The notes beneath the pieces were generated by a model. It was not told the DNA's origin and did not search any database. It saw only the letters and a program-made list of their open reading frames with translations. Both the position numbers and the translations under genes were made by a program. DNA of 64,000 nucleotides from an uncultured virus (IMG/VR IMGVR_UViG_3300025678_000930) (lineage: Duplodnaviria > Heunggongvirae > Uroviricota > Caudoviricetes): IMG/VR virus record IMGVR_UViG_3300025678_000930, one strand, 5' to 3'. Positions within the stretch are counted from its first letter, which is position 1, and every line of letters begins with the position of its first letter. Positions 18,009-27,888 of the stretch are shown here, piece by piece.

Positions 18009-18371
18009 ATGCCTACATCTGATATGGAAAAAGTCCTAAATGATATTTATGAAAACTATACTATGATTAAAGATTTACATGATTTAGCATATTCAATGAA
18101 TAGTGAATATAAGTTGTTTTGGGATAACCACCCTGAGGAAACAAAATTCATGCTTCTAAAATCACAGAAACTTATGAGTGTTACACAGGGTGCTAGCAAA
18201 ACTCAAGAAGCCTTGTTCCATTTTGGAACGTTAGGTTTATCCTACGGAGTAAAAAAACTATTTCAAATAGGAAAACCTACGCGAGAAGAAAAATTAAAAG
18301 CAGCAGTTACAAATGAAAATTTCACAGAGGTTTTAAGAGCTCTTAATAATGCTCTTTGGGAGAAAAAGTAA
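18009..18371 (+). CDS. Hypothetical protein; moron 3, gene 1
   Basis: SD gaggtg; promoter TTGAAA-17-TATAAT at 17944-17972. Confidence 0.65.
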   Translation: MPTSDMEKVLNDIYENYTMIKDLHDLAYSMNSEYKLFWDNHPEETKFMLLKSQKLMSVTQGASKTQEALFHFGTLGLSYGVKKLFQIGKPTREEKLKAAVTNENFTEVLRALNNALWEKK

Positions 18372-18500
18372 ATGGCGTTAAGAGTTATAATCAATATTTT
18401 TGAAGGTTTAATTGGAATAGCTATAGGAGTAGCTATTCTTAAAGGGCTTGGCAGTTTAGTGGGTCTCTTAATTGCAACAGTAACTATTAAAAAGAAATGA
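18372..18500 (+). CDS. 42-aa hydrophobic Gly-rich membrane peptide (not in ORF track)
   Basis: MALRVIINIFEGLIGIAIGVAILKGLGSLVGLLIATVTIKKK*; starts directly after the previous stop. Confidence 0.45.
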   Translation: MALRVIINIFEGLIGIAIGVAILKGLGSLVGLLIATVTIKKK

Positions 18501-18510
18501 GGCTAATTAT

Positions 18511-18912
18511 ATGCATAGAGTTCCATTATGGGGTGCAATACTAATTATAATTTTATTGATTTTTGTGGCAGTCAGCGGAGATACTAAAGATATAATAGAT
18601 CAGGAAAAAATATGGACATTAATTGGAATAAATTTTGTTTTAATATTAATCCCTCTAATTAAAGGAGCATATACAAAAAATAATGAACAAGAATATACAA
18701 GCTCCTTTGTAAGTGAGCAGAAAATCAGAACAAAATTACAAGAAAGAGATCCTGAAACTCTATTCGGCATGGCTTTATTAATTCTACAAAATTCTAAATC
18801 CGTGGAAGAAAAAGAGCAGGCTCTTAGTTTGATAATGTATGCTGCAAAAATTGGATATCAACCAGCAGTAGACTTAATTGAAGAACTAAAAACAAATCAA
18901 GGCATTCATTAG
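18511..18912 (+). CDS. Two-TM membrane protein with Sel1-like C-terminus
   Basis: Two hydrophobic stretches; ALSLIMYAAKIGYQPA. Confidence 0.55.
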   Translation: MHRVPLWGAILIIILLIFVAVSGDTKDIIDQEKIWTLIGINFVLILIPLIKGAYTKNNEQEYTSSFVSEQKIRTKLQERDPETLFGMALLILQNSKSVEEKEQALSLIMYAAKIGYQPAVDLIEELKTNQGIH

Positions 18913-18982
18913 CTAACATTATACTATTGAACTTCTTAATAAAGAAGTTTTTTTATGCCCATTTTTAAGGAGAGTGATGTCA

Positions 18983-20239
18983 ATGGGAATACTACAAGGA
19001 ATATTTAAGGCTCGTGATAAGCCTAAGGATAGTCTGAGCGGTAGTCGGTACAGTTTCTTTTTCGGAGGAACTACTGCTGGAAAACCAGTCAATGAAAATA
19101 CGGCAATGCAGATGACGGCGGTCTACTCATGTGTGAGAATACTGGCTGAAACATTAGCCGGACTACCGCTTCATGTTTATAAATACAACGATAGTGGTGG
19201 CAAAGAGAAACATTTACAACATCCGTTATATAGATTGCTCCACGATGAGCCAAATCCAGAGATGACTTCCTTCACGTTCCGAGAAACGCTGATGAGTCAT
19301 CTTTTATTATGGGGCAATGCTTACGCACAGATTATAAGAAATGCACGTGGTGAGGTTATTGCTCTTTATCCTCTCATGCCAAATAAAATGACAGTCGACC
19401 GTGACAAAAGCGGACGGCTTTTTTATTTATATCAGCGAAGTGTAGAGGACGCACCCACCCTTGGCAAAGACAGCCTGGTATATCTCGACCCATCCGATGT
19501 GCTCCATATCCCCGGCTTGGGTTTTGATGGATTGGTGGGATATTCACCGATTGCTATGGCCAAAAATGCCATTGGACTTGCGATGGCTACAGAAGAATAT
19601 GGAGCGAAGTTCTTCGCTAATGGAGCGGCACCCGGTGGTGTGCTGGAGCATCCGGGAACAATCAAGGACCCTCAAAAAGTAAAAGACAGCTGGAACGCCG
19701 CCTATCAAGGTTCAACTAACTCCCATAGGGTGGCAGTGCTGGAAGAGGGCATGAAATATCAGCAAATAGGTATACCTCCCGAGCAAGCACAGTTTCTTGA
19801 AACACGGAAATTTCAGATTAATGAAATTGCCCGTATTTTTAGAGTGCCACCACATATGTTGGCTGACCTTGAGAAAAGTAGCTTTTCAAATATTGAACAG
19901 CAGTCTTTAGAGTTTGTGAAATATACACTTGACCCTTGGGTAGTTCGTTGGGAACAAAATATGTGCCGTTCTCTTCTCATGGCAAGTGAAAAACCCACTG
20001 TATTTATCAAATTTAATGTGGATGGTCTGCTTCGAGGAGATTATGTAAGCCGTATGAGTGGCTACGCAACCGCCAGACAAAATGGTTGGATGAGTGCGAA
20101 TGACATCAGAGAACTTGAGAACCTTGACCGAATACCAGTAGAACTTGGGGGTGATCTCTACCTTATTAATGGAGCAATGACCAAATTACAGGACGCTGGT
20201 GCGTTCGCAAATACAACAAGATTGGAGGAAACCCAATGA
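18983..20239 (+). CDS. Portal protein, HK97 family
   Basis: AVYSCVRILAE.LA.LPL, LLLWGNAY, FSNIEQQSLEF. Confidence 0.93.
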   Translation: MGILQGIFKARDKPKDSLSGSRYSFFFGGTTAGKPVNENTAMQMTAVYSCVRILAETLAGLPLHVYKYNDSGGKEKHLQHPLYRLLHDEPNPEMTSFTFRETLMSHLLLWGNAYAQIIRNARGEVIALYPLMPNKMTVDRDKSGRLFYLYQRSVEDAPTLGKDSLVYLDPSDVLHIPGLGFDGLVGYSPIAMAKNAIGLAMATEEYGAKFFANGAAPGGVLEHPGTIKDPQKVKDSWNAAYQGSTNSHRVAVLEEGMKYQQIGIPPEQAQFLETRKFQINEIARIFRVPPHMLADLEKSSFSNIEQQSLEFVKYTLDPWVVRWEQNMCRSLLMASEKPTVFIKFNVDGLLRGDYVSRMSGYATARQNGWMSANDIRELENLDRIPVELGGDLYLINGAMTKLQDAGAFANTTRLEETQ

Positions 20240-20934
20240 AGAAATTTTGGAACTGGGTCAAGGATGAAAAATCCGATACTCGAACGCTCTACCTCGACGG
20301 CGTGATTGCCGAGGAATCATGGTTTGATGATGATGTCACCCCTAAGGCTTTCAAAGAAGATTTGTTTGCCGGTGAGGGTGACATTGTTATTTGGCTGAAT
20401 TCACCGGGTGGTGATTGCATTGCAGCAAGCCAGATTTACACCATGCTTATGGACTACAAAGGCAAAGTTACCATCAAAATTGACGGCATCGCAGCATCTG
20501 CCGCCTCCGTAATCGCTATGGCAGGAACAACTGTGTTTATGGCACCTACTGCACTGATGATGGTCCATAACCCCTTAACCGTAGCAATCGGTGACAGCGA
20601 AGAAATGCAAAAAGCCATAGCCATGCTTTCAGAGGTAAAGGAAAGCATCATCAATGCCTATGAAATCAAGACCGGCTTATCAAGGACCAAGCTTTCTCAT
20701 CTCATGGATGCGGAAACCTGGCTAAACGCTAATAAGGCAATTGAACTCGGCTTTGCAGATGAAATTTTGGAGGATGAGAAAAAGCACATTCAGCAAGATG
20801 ACTTCACCTATGCTTTCAGCCGAAGAGCAGTCACAAATTCGTTACTTGATAAAGTATGTCCCAAGAAAACACCTGCCCAAAAAAGTACACCCGCTGATTC
20901 ACTGGAAAAGCGGCTCAACAACATCATTCATTAA
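20236..20934 (+). CDS. ClpP-like head maturation protease
   Basis: LNSPGG, GIAASAASVI, MVHNP, ETWLNA. Confidence 0.9.
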   Translation: MKKFWNWVKDEKSDTRTLYLDGVIAEESWFDDDVTPKAFKEDLFAGEGDIVIWLNSPGGDCIAASQIYTMLMDYKGKVTIKIDGIAASAASVIAMAGTTVFMAPTALMMVHNPLTVAIGDSEEMQKAIAMLSEVKESIINAYEIKTGLSRTKLSHLMDAETWLNANKAIELGFADEILEDEKKHIQQDDFTYAFSRRAVTNSLLDKVCPKKTPAQKSTPADSLEKRLNNIIH

Positions 20935-20949
20935 TAGGAGGAAAAGATT

Positions 20950-22158
20950 ATGAACAAGATTTTAGAACTGCGCGAGAAACGCGCCAAAGCATGGGACGCT
21001 ACCAAAGCGTTCTTAGATACCAAGCGTGGCACAGATGGTTTAATTTCTGCTGAGGATGAGGCAACTTACAACAAAATGGAAGCCGATGTAATTGCTCTTG
21101 GTAAGGAAATAGACCGTTTGGAAAAACAAGCTATATTGGATGCGGAACTTAACGCTCCTATGGCTAATCCATTGACAGGCAAGCCAGCCAATCCCAAACT
21201 GGAAGGCAAAACCGGCAGAGCAACCGACGAATACAGGAAAGCATTCTGGAATGCTATGCGTACACGCGCCGGGGAGGGTCTTGATCCCACCGTAAAAAAT
21301 GCTCTTAAAATCGGCACGGATTCGGAAGGTGGATATTTAGTTCCTGACGAATTCGAGAGAACTCTTGTAGAGGCTTTGGAGGATGAGAACATCTTCCGTA
21401 GACTGGCTAAAGTTATCACCACCGCTTCCGGCGATAGAAAAATTCCGGTGGTCGCATCCAAGGGCACAGCCTCATGGATTGATGAGGAAGGCACAATTCC
21501 AGAAAGTGACGATAGCTTCGGTCAAGTATCTATTGGAGCCTATAAGCTGGGTACGATGATTAAGGTTTCTGAGGAACTTCTAAACGATAGTGTATTCCAA
21601 CTTGAACCTTATATTTCAAGGGAATTTGCAAGACGTATCGGTAACAAGGAAGAGGAGGCTTTCTTTATTGGCGATGGCTCTGGTAAACCGAACGGTATCC
21701 TGGCAGCAACAGGAGGAGCGCAACTCGGTGTAACTACTGCGGGTGCAACAGCTATCACTCTCGATGAAGTGCTTGACCTGTTTTATTCATTAAAAGCACC
21801 TTATCGTAACAAGTCTGTATTCATAATGAACGACTCAACAGTAAAGGCAATTCGTAAGCTGAAAGACGGTCAAGGTCAGTACCTATGGCAGCCATCTATC
21901 CAGGCTGGAACTCCGGATACTATTCTTAACCGTCCGCTTTTTACATCTTCCTATGTGCCTGCTATTGCAGCCGGAGCGAAGACGATAGCATTCGGTGATT
22001 TCAGTTATTACTGGGTAGCCGACCGTCAAGGTAGAGTATTTAAAAGACTAAATGAACTCTTTGCAGTAACTGGCCAGGTAGGCTTTGTAGCTACTCAGCG
22101 TGTAGACGGCAAACTCATTCTGCCGGAGGCTATCAAGGTACTCCAGCAGAAGGCTTAA
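20950..22158 (+). CDS. Major capsid protein, HK97 family
   Basis: GGYLVP, VSEELLNDS, FGDFSYY, RVDG. Confidence 0.93.
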   Translation: MNKILELREKRAKAWDATKAFLDTKRGTDGLISAEDEATYNKMEADVIALGKEIDRLEKQAILDAELNAPMANPLTGKPANPKLEGKTGRATDEYRKAFWNAMRTRAGEGLDPTVKNALKIGTDSEGGYLVPDEFERTLVEALEDENIFRRLAKVITTASGDRKIPVVASKGTASWIDEEGTIPESDDSFGQVSIGAYKLGTMIKVSEELLNDSVFQLEPYISREFARRIGNKEEEAFFIGDGSGKPNGILAATGGAQLGVTTAGATAITLDEVLDLFYSLKAPYRNKSVFIMNDSTVKAIRKLKDGQGQYLWQPSIQAGTPDTILNRPLFTSSYVPAIAAGAKTIAFGDFSYYWVADRQGRVFKRLNELFAVTGQVGFVATQRVDGKLILPEAIKVLQQKA

Positions 22159-22170
22159 CGGAGGTGCGGT

Positions 22171-22527
22171 ATGAGCTACAACACTAAGAACTATACCGAA
22201 CAAGGTGGCGGTAAAACCGTCATTGGCGGTATTTTGGAAATTAAGGAGGGCGCTACAGTAACGGGTATCACCGCTACTGCAGCGCCTGCTTCTGAGGCAT
22301 CGCTTGGCGGTATCAAAGCGTCTGCAAAAGGTGTCGGCGAAACAGTAGAAGCTAAAATCGGAGAAGATGCAAAGCTTTACGTACCTTCTTACCCGATAGT
22401 GCCGGAAATACCCGTAGCCGAAAACCAGCCTGCAAGTACAGCCGAGGATCATGCAGATTTACTTGACGATTTCAACTCGCTACTTGCGAAACTGAAGGCC
22501 GTAGGATTAATGGCTGCTGATGCTTAA
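22171..22527 (+). CDS. Head fibre/decoration-like protein
   Basis: YNTKNYTEQGG; FNSLLAKLKAVGLM; follows capsid. Confidence 0.55.
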   Translation: MSYNTKNYTEQGGGKTVIGGILEIKEGATVTGITATAAPASEASLGGIKASAKGVGETVEAKIGEDAKLYVPSYPIVPEIPVAENQPASTAEDHADLLDDFNSLLAKLKAVGLMAADA

Positions 22528-22551
22528 TGATCAGGAAAGGGCGGTGGCGGT

Positions 22552-22860
22552 ATGACACTACTTGAAAAGGTCAAGAAAAATCTCATCCTTCAGCATGACA
22601 ATGACGACGAACTGCTGCAAATATACATTGCCGCCTCCGTCAGTTATGCAGAAAGCTATCAACACCTTCCTGAGAACTTTTATATAGATAACCAGATGAC
22701 TCCTACTACTGAGCAGGCCGTTATTATGCTGTCGTCCCACTTTTATGAGAGCCGGGACGGCAGTACGGGCGGTTTTTTCTCGGATAATGTGCAAGCCGGT
22801 CAGCAGGTCTGGAACACGGTCAATCTTCTTATGAGGCTGGACCGGGACTGGAAGGTGTGA
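22552..22860 (+). CDS. Head-tail connector (gp6-like)
   Basis: VKKNL..H..DDELL; QAVIMLSSHFYESR. Confidence 0.8.
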   Translation: MTLLEKVKKNLILQHDNDDELLQIYIAASVSYAESYQHLPENFYIDNQMTPTTEQAVIMLSSHFYESRDGSTGGFFSDNVQAGQQVWNTVNLLMRLDRDWKV

Positions 22861-22862
22861 CT

Positions 22863-23195
22863 ATGAGCTATGGAAAAATGAATACCTTTATAGACATCAT
22901 CCAGAAAGCTACTGTAAAAGACAGTGAAGGATTTTCGATAGAAACCGACAATACAGTTGTTTCCATCAGAGCATATCGAGAAGGTCGGCACGGCAATGAG
23001 AAATGGGCAAACAGAGCGGCATTTTCAGAAGCCACCGACCTTTTCCGCTTTCGCAGTATCCCAGGTGTAACCATAACCACTTCGATGGTTGTGGTAAACG
23101 GCGAGGGCCGGTTTGAGATTACCTCTGTAGAGGATGTCAAGGGCCGCGGTATGTATATTGAAGTGCTGGCTAAGGAGGTGAAACCCGGTGGCTAA
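22863..23195 (+). CDS. Head closure / head-tail adaptor
   Basis: Synteny; FRFR...FEITSVED motif. Confidence 0.7.
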   Translation: MSYGKMNTFIDIIQKATVKDSEGFSIETDNTVVSIRAYREGRHGNEKWANRAAFSEATDLFRFRSIPGVTITTSMVVVNGEGRFEITSVEDVKGRGMYIEVLAKEVKPGG

Positions 23196-23619
23196 GGCAA
23201 CTATGAGAATGCCGGATGAGTTTCTTCTAAAAGTATCTCGGCTTGGTGAAAAGACGGATGAAATTCTCCCTCGTGTTCTGAAAGCAGGCGGCGATGTTGT
23301 GGAGGAAAAAGTTAAAAGCAACCTCAAACGAGTCATTGGCAATGCTACAAAGGAAGAAAGCCGCTCAACCGGCGAACTGGTTTCAGCGCTCGGTGTCTCC
23401 TCCGCAAAACAGGATAGGGACGGCAACTTCAATGTCAAGGTGGGTTTCTCTGAACCACGGCCGGATGGGAAAAGCAACGCCATGATTGCAGGTGTACTTG
23501 AATACGGGAAAAGCGGGCAACCACCAAAACCATTTCTAAAACCCGCGAAATCAGCGAGTAAAAATGCATGTATTAATGCTATGATTTCGGCATTGGAAAA
23601 GGAGGTCGAAAAAATATGA
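23188..23619 (+). CDS. HK97 gp10-like protein
   Basis: TGEL, LEYG.S.QPPKPFLKPA. Confidence 0.8.
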   Translation: MAKATMRMPDEFLLKVSRLGEKTDEILPRVLKAGGDVVEEKVKSNLKRVIGNATKEESRSTGELVSALGVSSAKQDRDGNFNVKVGFSEPRPDGKSNAMIAGVLEYGKSGQPPKPFLKPAKSASKNACINAMISALEKEVEKI

Positions 23620-23966
23620 GCCTCCTAAGTGAACTGAATGCCCTCATCTCACCCCTCGTTCCTTCGGAGACTGGCGTGTTTTCTGAGCCTGCGCCAGATC
23701 GTTACGCTGTGATCACACCGATGGTTGATACGTTCGAGCTATATACCGACGATAAACCCCGGCATGAAATCCAGGAGGCACGGATATCCCTATTTGACAA
23801 GGAGAGCTATACGGCTCTAAAAAACAAAATTGTCCGTGCTCTGCTGGGTGCGGATTTTACTATAACAGACCGTCGGTATATCGGACATGAGGATGACACC
23901 GGCTATCACCACTATGCCATTGATGTGGCAAAACTATATGAATATCAATTAGAAACGGAGGAATAA
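23616..23966 (+). CDS. Tail completion/terminator-like protein
   Basis: Synteny; EDDTGYHH motif. Confidence 0.6.
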   Translation: MSLLSELNALISPLVPSETGVFSEPAPDRYAVITPMVDTFELYTDDKPRHEIQEARISLFDKESYTALKNKIVRALLGADFTITDRRYIGHEDDTGYHHYAIDVAKLYEYQLETEE

Positions 23967-23969
23967 ATT

Positions 23970-24560
23970 ATGGCTACTATCGGTCTCGATAAACTCTATT
24001 ATGCTACAATCACCGAAAGCGCTGCAGGTGATGAAACCTACGGCACTCCCATTCCGCTGGCAAAAGCGATCAGTGCCGAGCTGTCGGTTGAACTTGCCGA
24101 AGCAACTCTTTATGCGGACGATGGCGCAGCTGAAGTAATAAAGGAATTCCAAAGCGGGACTCTTGCGCTTGGGGTAGATGATATTGGCGCGGCTGCTGCT
24201 GGCGATTTGACTGGCGCGACCATTGATGACAACAAAGTCTTGATTTCAGCAAGCGAGGATGGCGGCGCTCCTGTCGCTGTCGGGTTCAGGGCAAAGAAAC
24301 CAAACGGAAAGTATCGTTATTTTTGGCTATACCGTGTAAAGTTTGGTATCCCCGCCACCAATCTTGCCACAAAGGGCGACAGCATCACTTTCTCAACCCC
24401 AACTATTGAAGGAACTGTGATGAGAAGAAACAAGCTGGACGGCCAGGGCAAGCACCCATGGAAGGCGGAAGTCAATGACGGCGACACAGGTGTTTTAAGT
24501 TCAACCATAACCGGGTGGTTTACTGAAGTGTATGAACCAACTTTCACAGTAACACCGTAA
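23970..24560 (+). CDS. Major tail protein (phi13-like)
   Basis: IGLDKLYYA, LYADD, GFRAKK.NG.YRYFWL. Confidence 0.85.
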   Translation: MATIGLDKLYYATITESAAGDETYGTPIPLAKAISAELSVELAEATLYADDGAAEVIKEFQSGTLALGVDDIGAAAAGDLTGATIDDNKVLISASEDGGAPVAVGFRAKKPNGKYRYFWLYRVKFGIPATNLATKGDSITFSTPTIEGTVMRRNKLDGQGKHPWKAEVNDGDTGVLSSTITGWFTEVYEPTFTVTP

Positions 24561-24574
24561 GGAGGGTCTGATAT

Positions 24575-24958
24575 ATGGATAACGAACGAAGCGCGAAAAT
24601 AGGCATCGGCGGCGTGGAATATGAACTGATTTTGACCACTCGTGCCACCAAGGAAATCGCTCGCAGATACGGAGGCTTGGAAAATTTAGGTGAGAAGCTA
24701 TTAAAAGCCGAGAATTTCGAGCTCGCGCTGGATGAGATCATCTGGCTGATTACGCTCCTCGCAAACCAGTCAATCCTCATCCACAACCTCAAGCACAGGG
24801 ATAAGCCGAAAGAACTCATCACCGAGGAGGAAGTGGAACTTCTAACCTCTCCTTTGGAACTTGCAGCCTATAAGACGGCAATCACCGAGGCGATGTTCAA
24901 AGGAACTGCCCGGGATATTACTTCGGAAGAAGATCCAAAAAACGTGCAAGCCGAGTAA
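24575..24958 (+). CDS. Tail assembly chaperone (gpG-like)
   Basis: Between major tail and tape measure genes; ends with slippery A AAA AAC. Confidence 0.75.
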   Translation: MDNERSAKIGIGGVEYELILTTRATKEIARRYGGLENLGEKLLKAENFELALDEIIWLITLLANQSILIHNLKHRDKPKELITEEEVELLTSPLELAAYKTAITEAMFKGTARDITSEEDPKNVQAE

Positions 24959-25146
24959 ACGAGAATGAACTCTTTACTCGGCTTTTGTATTACGGAACGG
25001 TCCATCTCCACAGGACGGAGGAAGAAACATGGCTTACTCCCCTTGGACTCCTCATGGACTTATGGGAATGCCACAGGCAGTTTCTTGGTCTTTCCAAGCC
25101 AAAGCAGGAAATGTCCATCGATGACATTATTCCCTTTGGAATTTAA
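24937..25146 (+). CDS. -1 frameshift extension of the tail chaperone (gpGT-like)
   Basis: -1 frame from A AAA AAC (24937-24943) is open: KRASRVNENELFTRLLYYG...DLWECHRQFLG...PFGI*. Confidence 0.7.
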   Translation, partial: KKRASRVNENELFTRLLYYGTVHLHRTEEETWLTPLGLLMDLWECHRQFLGLSKPKQEMSIDDIIPFGI

Positions 25147-25170
25147 GTTTTTAGAAAGGAGGCGTTATAA

Positions 25171-27888
25171 ATGGCTGACAACTTTGGACTGAAAATAGGC
25201 ATCGAAGGCGAAAAAGAATTCAAGGATGCTCTTCGCGACATCAACCAGTCCTTTAAGGTGCTCGGGAGTGAAATGAAACTTGTCTCCTCGGAATTTGATA
25301 AGAACGATAAAAGCATACAGGCGGTTACCGCCCGCAATGAAGTTCTATATAAGGCGATCGATGCACAAAGGGAGAAAATCTCCACCCTCGAATCGGCTCT
25401 AAAAAATGCCTCCGAAAGCTTTGGCGAAAACGACCGCAGGACTCAAAACTGGGCAATTCAGCTTAACAATGCCAAGGCTGAACTAAACGGTATGGAGAGA
25501 GAGCTTGAGGAAGCGACAGGTGATGCTGATAAGCTTGGTGAAGGGCTGACGGAAACAGGAAAAAGCGCTGATGATGTCGGCGGTAGATTTGAGAAACTTG
25601 GTGGCACCCTAAAAGGTGTAGGCATTGCTATGGGTGCAGTAGCTGTTGCTGCCGGTGCCGCCGCAATTAAGCTGGGGAAAGAGGTCGTACAGCAATTCGG
25701 TGAGCTGGAGCAAAACCTGGGCGGTAGTGAAGCGGTGTTTGGAAAGTATGCTGACTCTATCCAGAAGACGGGTGAGGAAGCCTATAAAAACATGGGTGTT
25801 TCACAAAGCCAGTATCTCGCTACAGCGAACAAGATGGGCGCACTCTTTCAAGGCTCCGGCATCGAACAGCAGAAGAGTCTTGACCTGACCGAAAAAGCCA
25901 TGCAAAGGGCTGCTGACATGGCCTCCGTCATGGGTATCGATATGCAGATGGCCCTTGACTCGGTGGCCGGTGCCGCCAAGGGTAATTTCACGATGATGGA
26001 TAACCTCGGTGTCGCAATGAATGCCACCAACATCGAAGCATATGCTCTCGCCAAGGGACTTGACTTTACATGGAAGACTGCAACCCAAGCTGAAAAAGCT
26101 GAAGTGGCCATGCAGATGTTCTTCGAAAATACGGAGCAGTATGCAGGGAATTTTGCGAGAGAATCCACTCAGACGGTGACAGGCTCCATTGGCCTCTTTC
26201 AGGCCGCCCTTGGCTCGTTCACGGCCGGACTTGGAAATGCAAATGCGGATATGACGAATCTTACGCAGAACCTTGTGGATGCTTTTCAATCGGTGGTTGA
26301 AAACATAGTGCCGGTCTTGGAGAATATCGTGAATGCTCTTCCTACAGCAACAGGTGCGATTCTTTCTGCAATTGGCGACCTCCTACCGATGCTTCTGGAA
26401 ACAGTAACGGTGTTATTCTCCCAGGTGCTCGGAGCGATACTAAACCTTTTGCCGGAACTGATCCCTACTGCAGTGAGTGCGGTGATGACGATTGTCGGAG
26501 CTATCATAGACAACCTCCCGCTTCTAATTGATGCGGCGGTTCAACTTGTGACCGCGCTTGCATCCGGCATCGGCTCGGCATTGCCGGAACTGATTCCGGC
26601 TGCGATAAGCGCTGTGACTACTGTAGTCCAGGGACTTATTGACAATCTGCCCATGCTGCTTGATGCTTCCCTGCAACTTATACTCGGTTTGGCTCAGGGC
26701 CTGTTGGATGCGCTTCCGCAGCTTATATCCTCACTGCCTGTCATCATCACAGCTATTGTAGACTTTATAATCGGAGCGATACCGCAAATCATCGATGCCG
26801 GTGTCCGTCTATTTATTGCACTGGTACAGAACCTGCCTACCATCATTGTTGAAATTGTAAAGGCTGTTCCCCAGATCGTTGCAGCTCTGGTTGGTGGTTT
26901 CATGGGTTCAATCGGCCAAATCATACAAGTGGGTACGAATCTCATACAAGGTTTGTGGCAAGGCATCTCTGATGCAGGCTCATGGCTTTGGGAAAAAATC
27001 AGCGGATTCTTTGGGGGTGTGGTGAACAAAATCAAGGACTTCTTCGGAATCCACTCCCCCTCAACACTATTCGCAGGACTTGGTGCAAATATGGCCCAAG
27101 GCTTGGGAGACGGTTTTGGTGGTGAAATGGGCGATGTCAGCGAGGATATGCTGTCTGCTACTAAAACTGCGGGTGATGCCACGGGGCTGGCAGCGATAGA
27201 TGCGGTCAAAGAAGGTATTCTAAGCCACATATCGCTTTTGACAGAGCCTATTATGCTTCTTGTTGCGCGTATTGGTGAAATCATAACCGAAAACAGTGCC
27301 TCCATTGGCATCTCCGGTTCCAACATTGCGAGCTTCCTTTCCGTAGGACTTGAAGATGCACAGGAGAGCACGGTTTTAGAGAAAATAAGAGTTTTAATCC
27401 AAAAGATAAAAGAAATCTTTGACGGTTTCCGGCAAGGATTTGTAAGCATCGGGCAGATGATAATGGAGGGTATCGGAGCAGGCATAACAAGCCGCAGCAA
27501 ATGGCTCAACAATCTGGTCAGCAGCTACATCGCGGAAATAAAACGGCGTGTGGAAGCAATGCTTCAAATCAACTCCCCTTCGCAGGTCTTTGCGGAAATC
27601 GGAGGATACATGGCCGAGGGCATGGGCGTAGGATTTGCAAAAGCCATGTCCGGTGTGAAAACCCAGATTGAACGGAGCATACCCATGCAGCTTGATATAA
27701 AGGACTGCTCAAGTTCAACAGCAGACATGGTAAACGGGCTGGTCGGCGGACTGTCTTCGGCGCTTGGTGGCGGACTCTCCCAACAGAAAATTACACTACA
27801 GGTCAACCTTGACGGAAAGACCATCGCCCAGACCATATTTGACCCGCTTAAGGATGTCTCAAAGCAAAGGGGTGTTTCAATTGGATAA
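25171..27888 (+). CDS. Tail tape measure protein
   Basis: 905 aa, Ala/Gly-rich amphipathic repeats; two I.SPS..F motifs. Confidence 0.9.
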   Translation: MADNFGLKIGIEGEKEFKDALRDINQSFKVLGSEMKLVSSEFDKNDKSIQAVTARNEVLYKAIDAQREKISTLESALKNASESFGENDRRTQNWAIQLNNAKAELNGMERELEEATGDADKLGEGLTETGKSADDVGGRFEKLGGTLKGVGIAMGAVAVAAGAAAIKLGKEVVQQFGELEQNLGGSEAVFGKYADSIQKTGEEAYKNMGVSQSQYLATANKMGALFQGSGIEQQKSLDLTEKAMQRAADMASVMGIDMQMALDSVAGAAKGNFTMMDNLGVAMNATNIEAYALAKGLDFTWKTATQAEKAEVAMQMFFENTEQYAGNFARESTQTVTGSIGLFQAALGSFTAGLGNANADMTNLTQNLVDAFQSVVENIVPVLENIVNALPTATGAILSAIGDLLPMLLETVTVLFSQVLGAILNLLPELIPTAVSAVMTIVGAIIDNLPLLIDAAVQLVTALASGIGSALPELIPAAISAVTTVVQGLIDNLPMLLDASLQLILGLAQGLLDALPQLISSLPVIITAIVDFIIGAIPQIIDAGVRLFIALVQNLPTIIVEIVKAVPQIVAALVGGFMGSIGQIIQVGTNLIQGLWQGISDAGSWLWEKISGFFGGVVNKIKDFFGIHSPSTLFAGLGANMAQGLGDGFGGEMGDVSEDMLSATKTAGDATGLAAIDAVKEGILSHISLLTEPIMLLVARIGEIITENSASIGISGSNIASFLSVGLEDAQESTVLEKIRVLIQKIKEIFDGFRQGFVSIGQMIMEGIGAGITSRSKWLNNLVSSYIAEIKRRVEAMLQINSPSQVFAEIGGYMAEGMGVGFAKAMSGVKTQIERSIPMQLDIKDCSSSTADMVNGLVGGLSSALGGGLSQQKITLQVNLDGKTIAQTIFDPLKDVSKQRGVSIG

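Noticed and set aside
24965..25192. Independent 75-aa gene before the tape measure
   Set aside because: Wrong frame; the region is better explained by the -1 frameshift extension ending at 25146.
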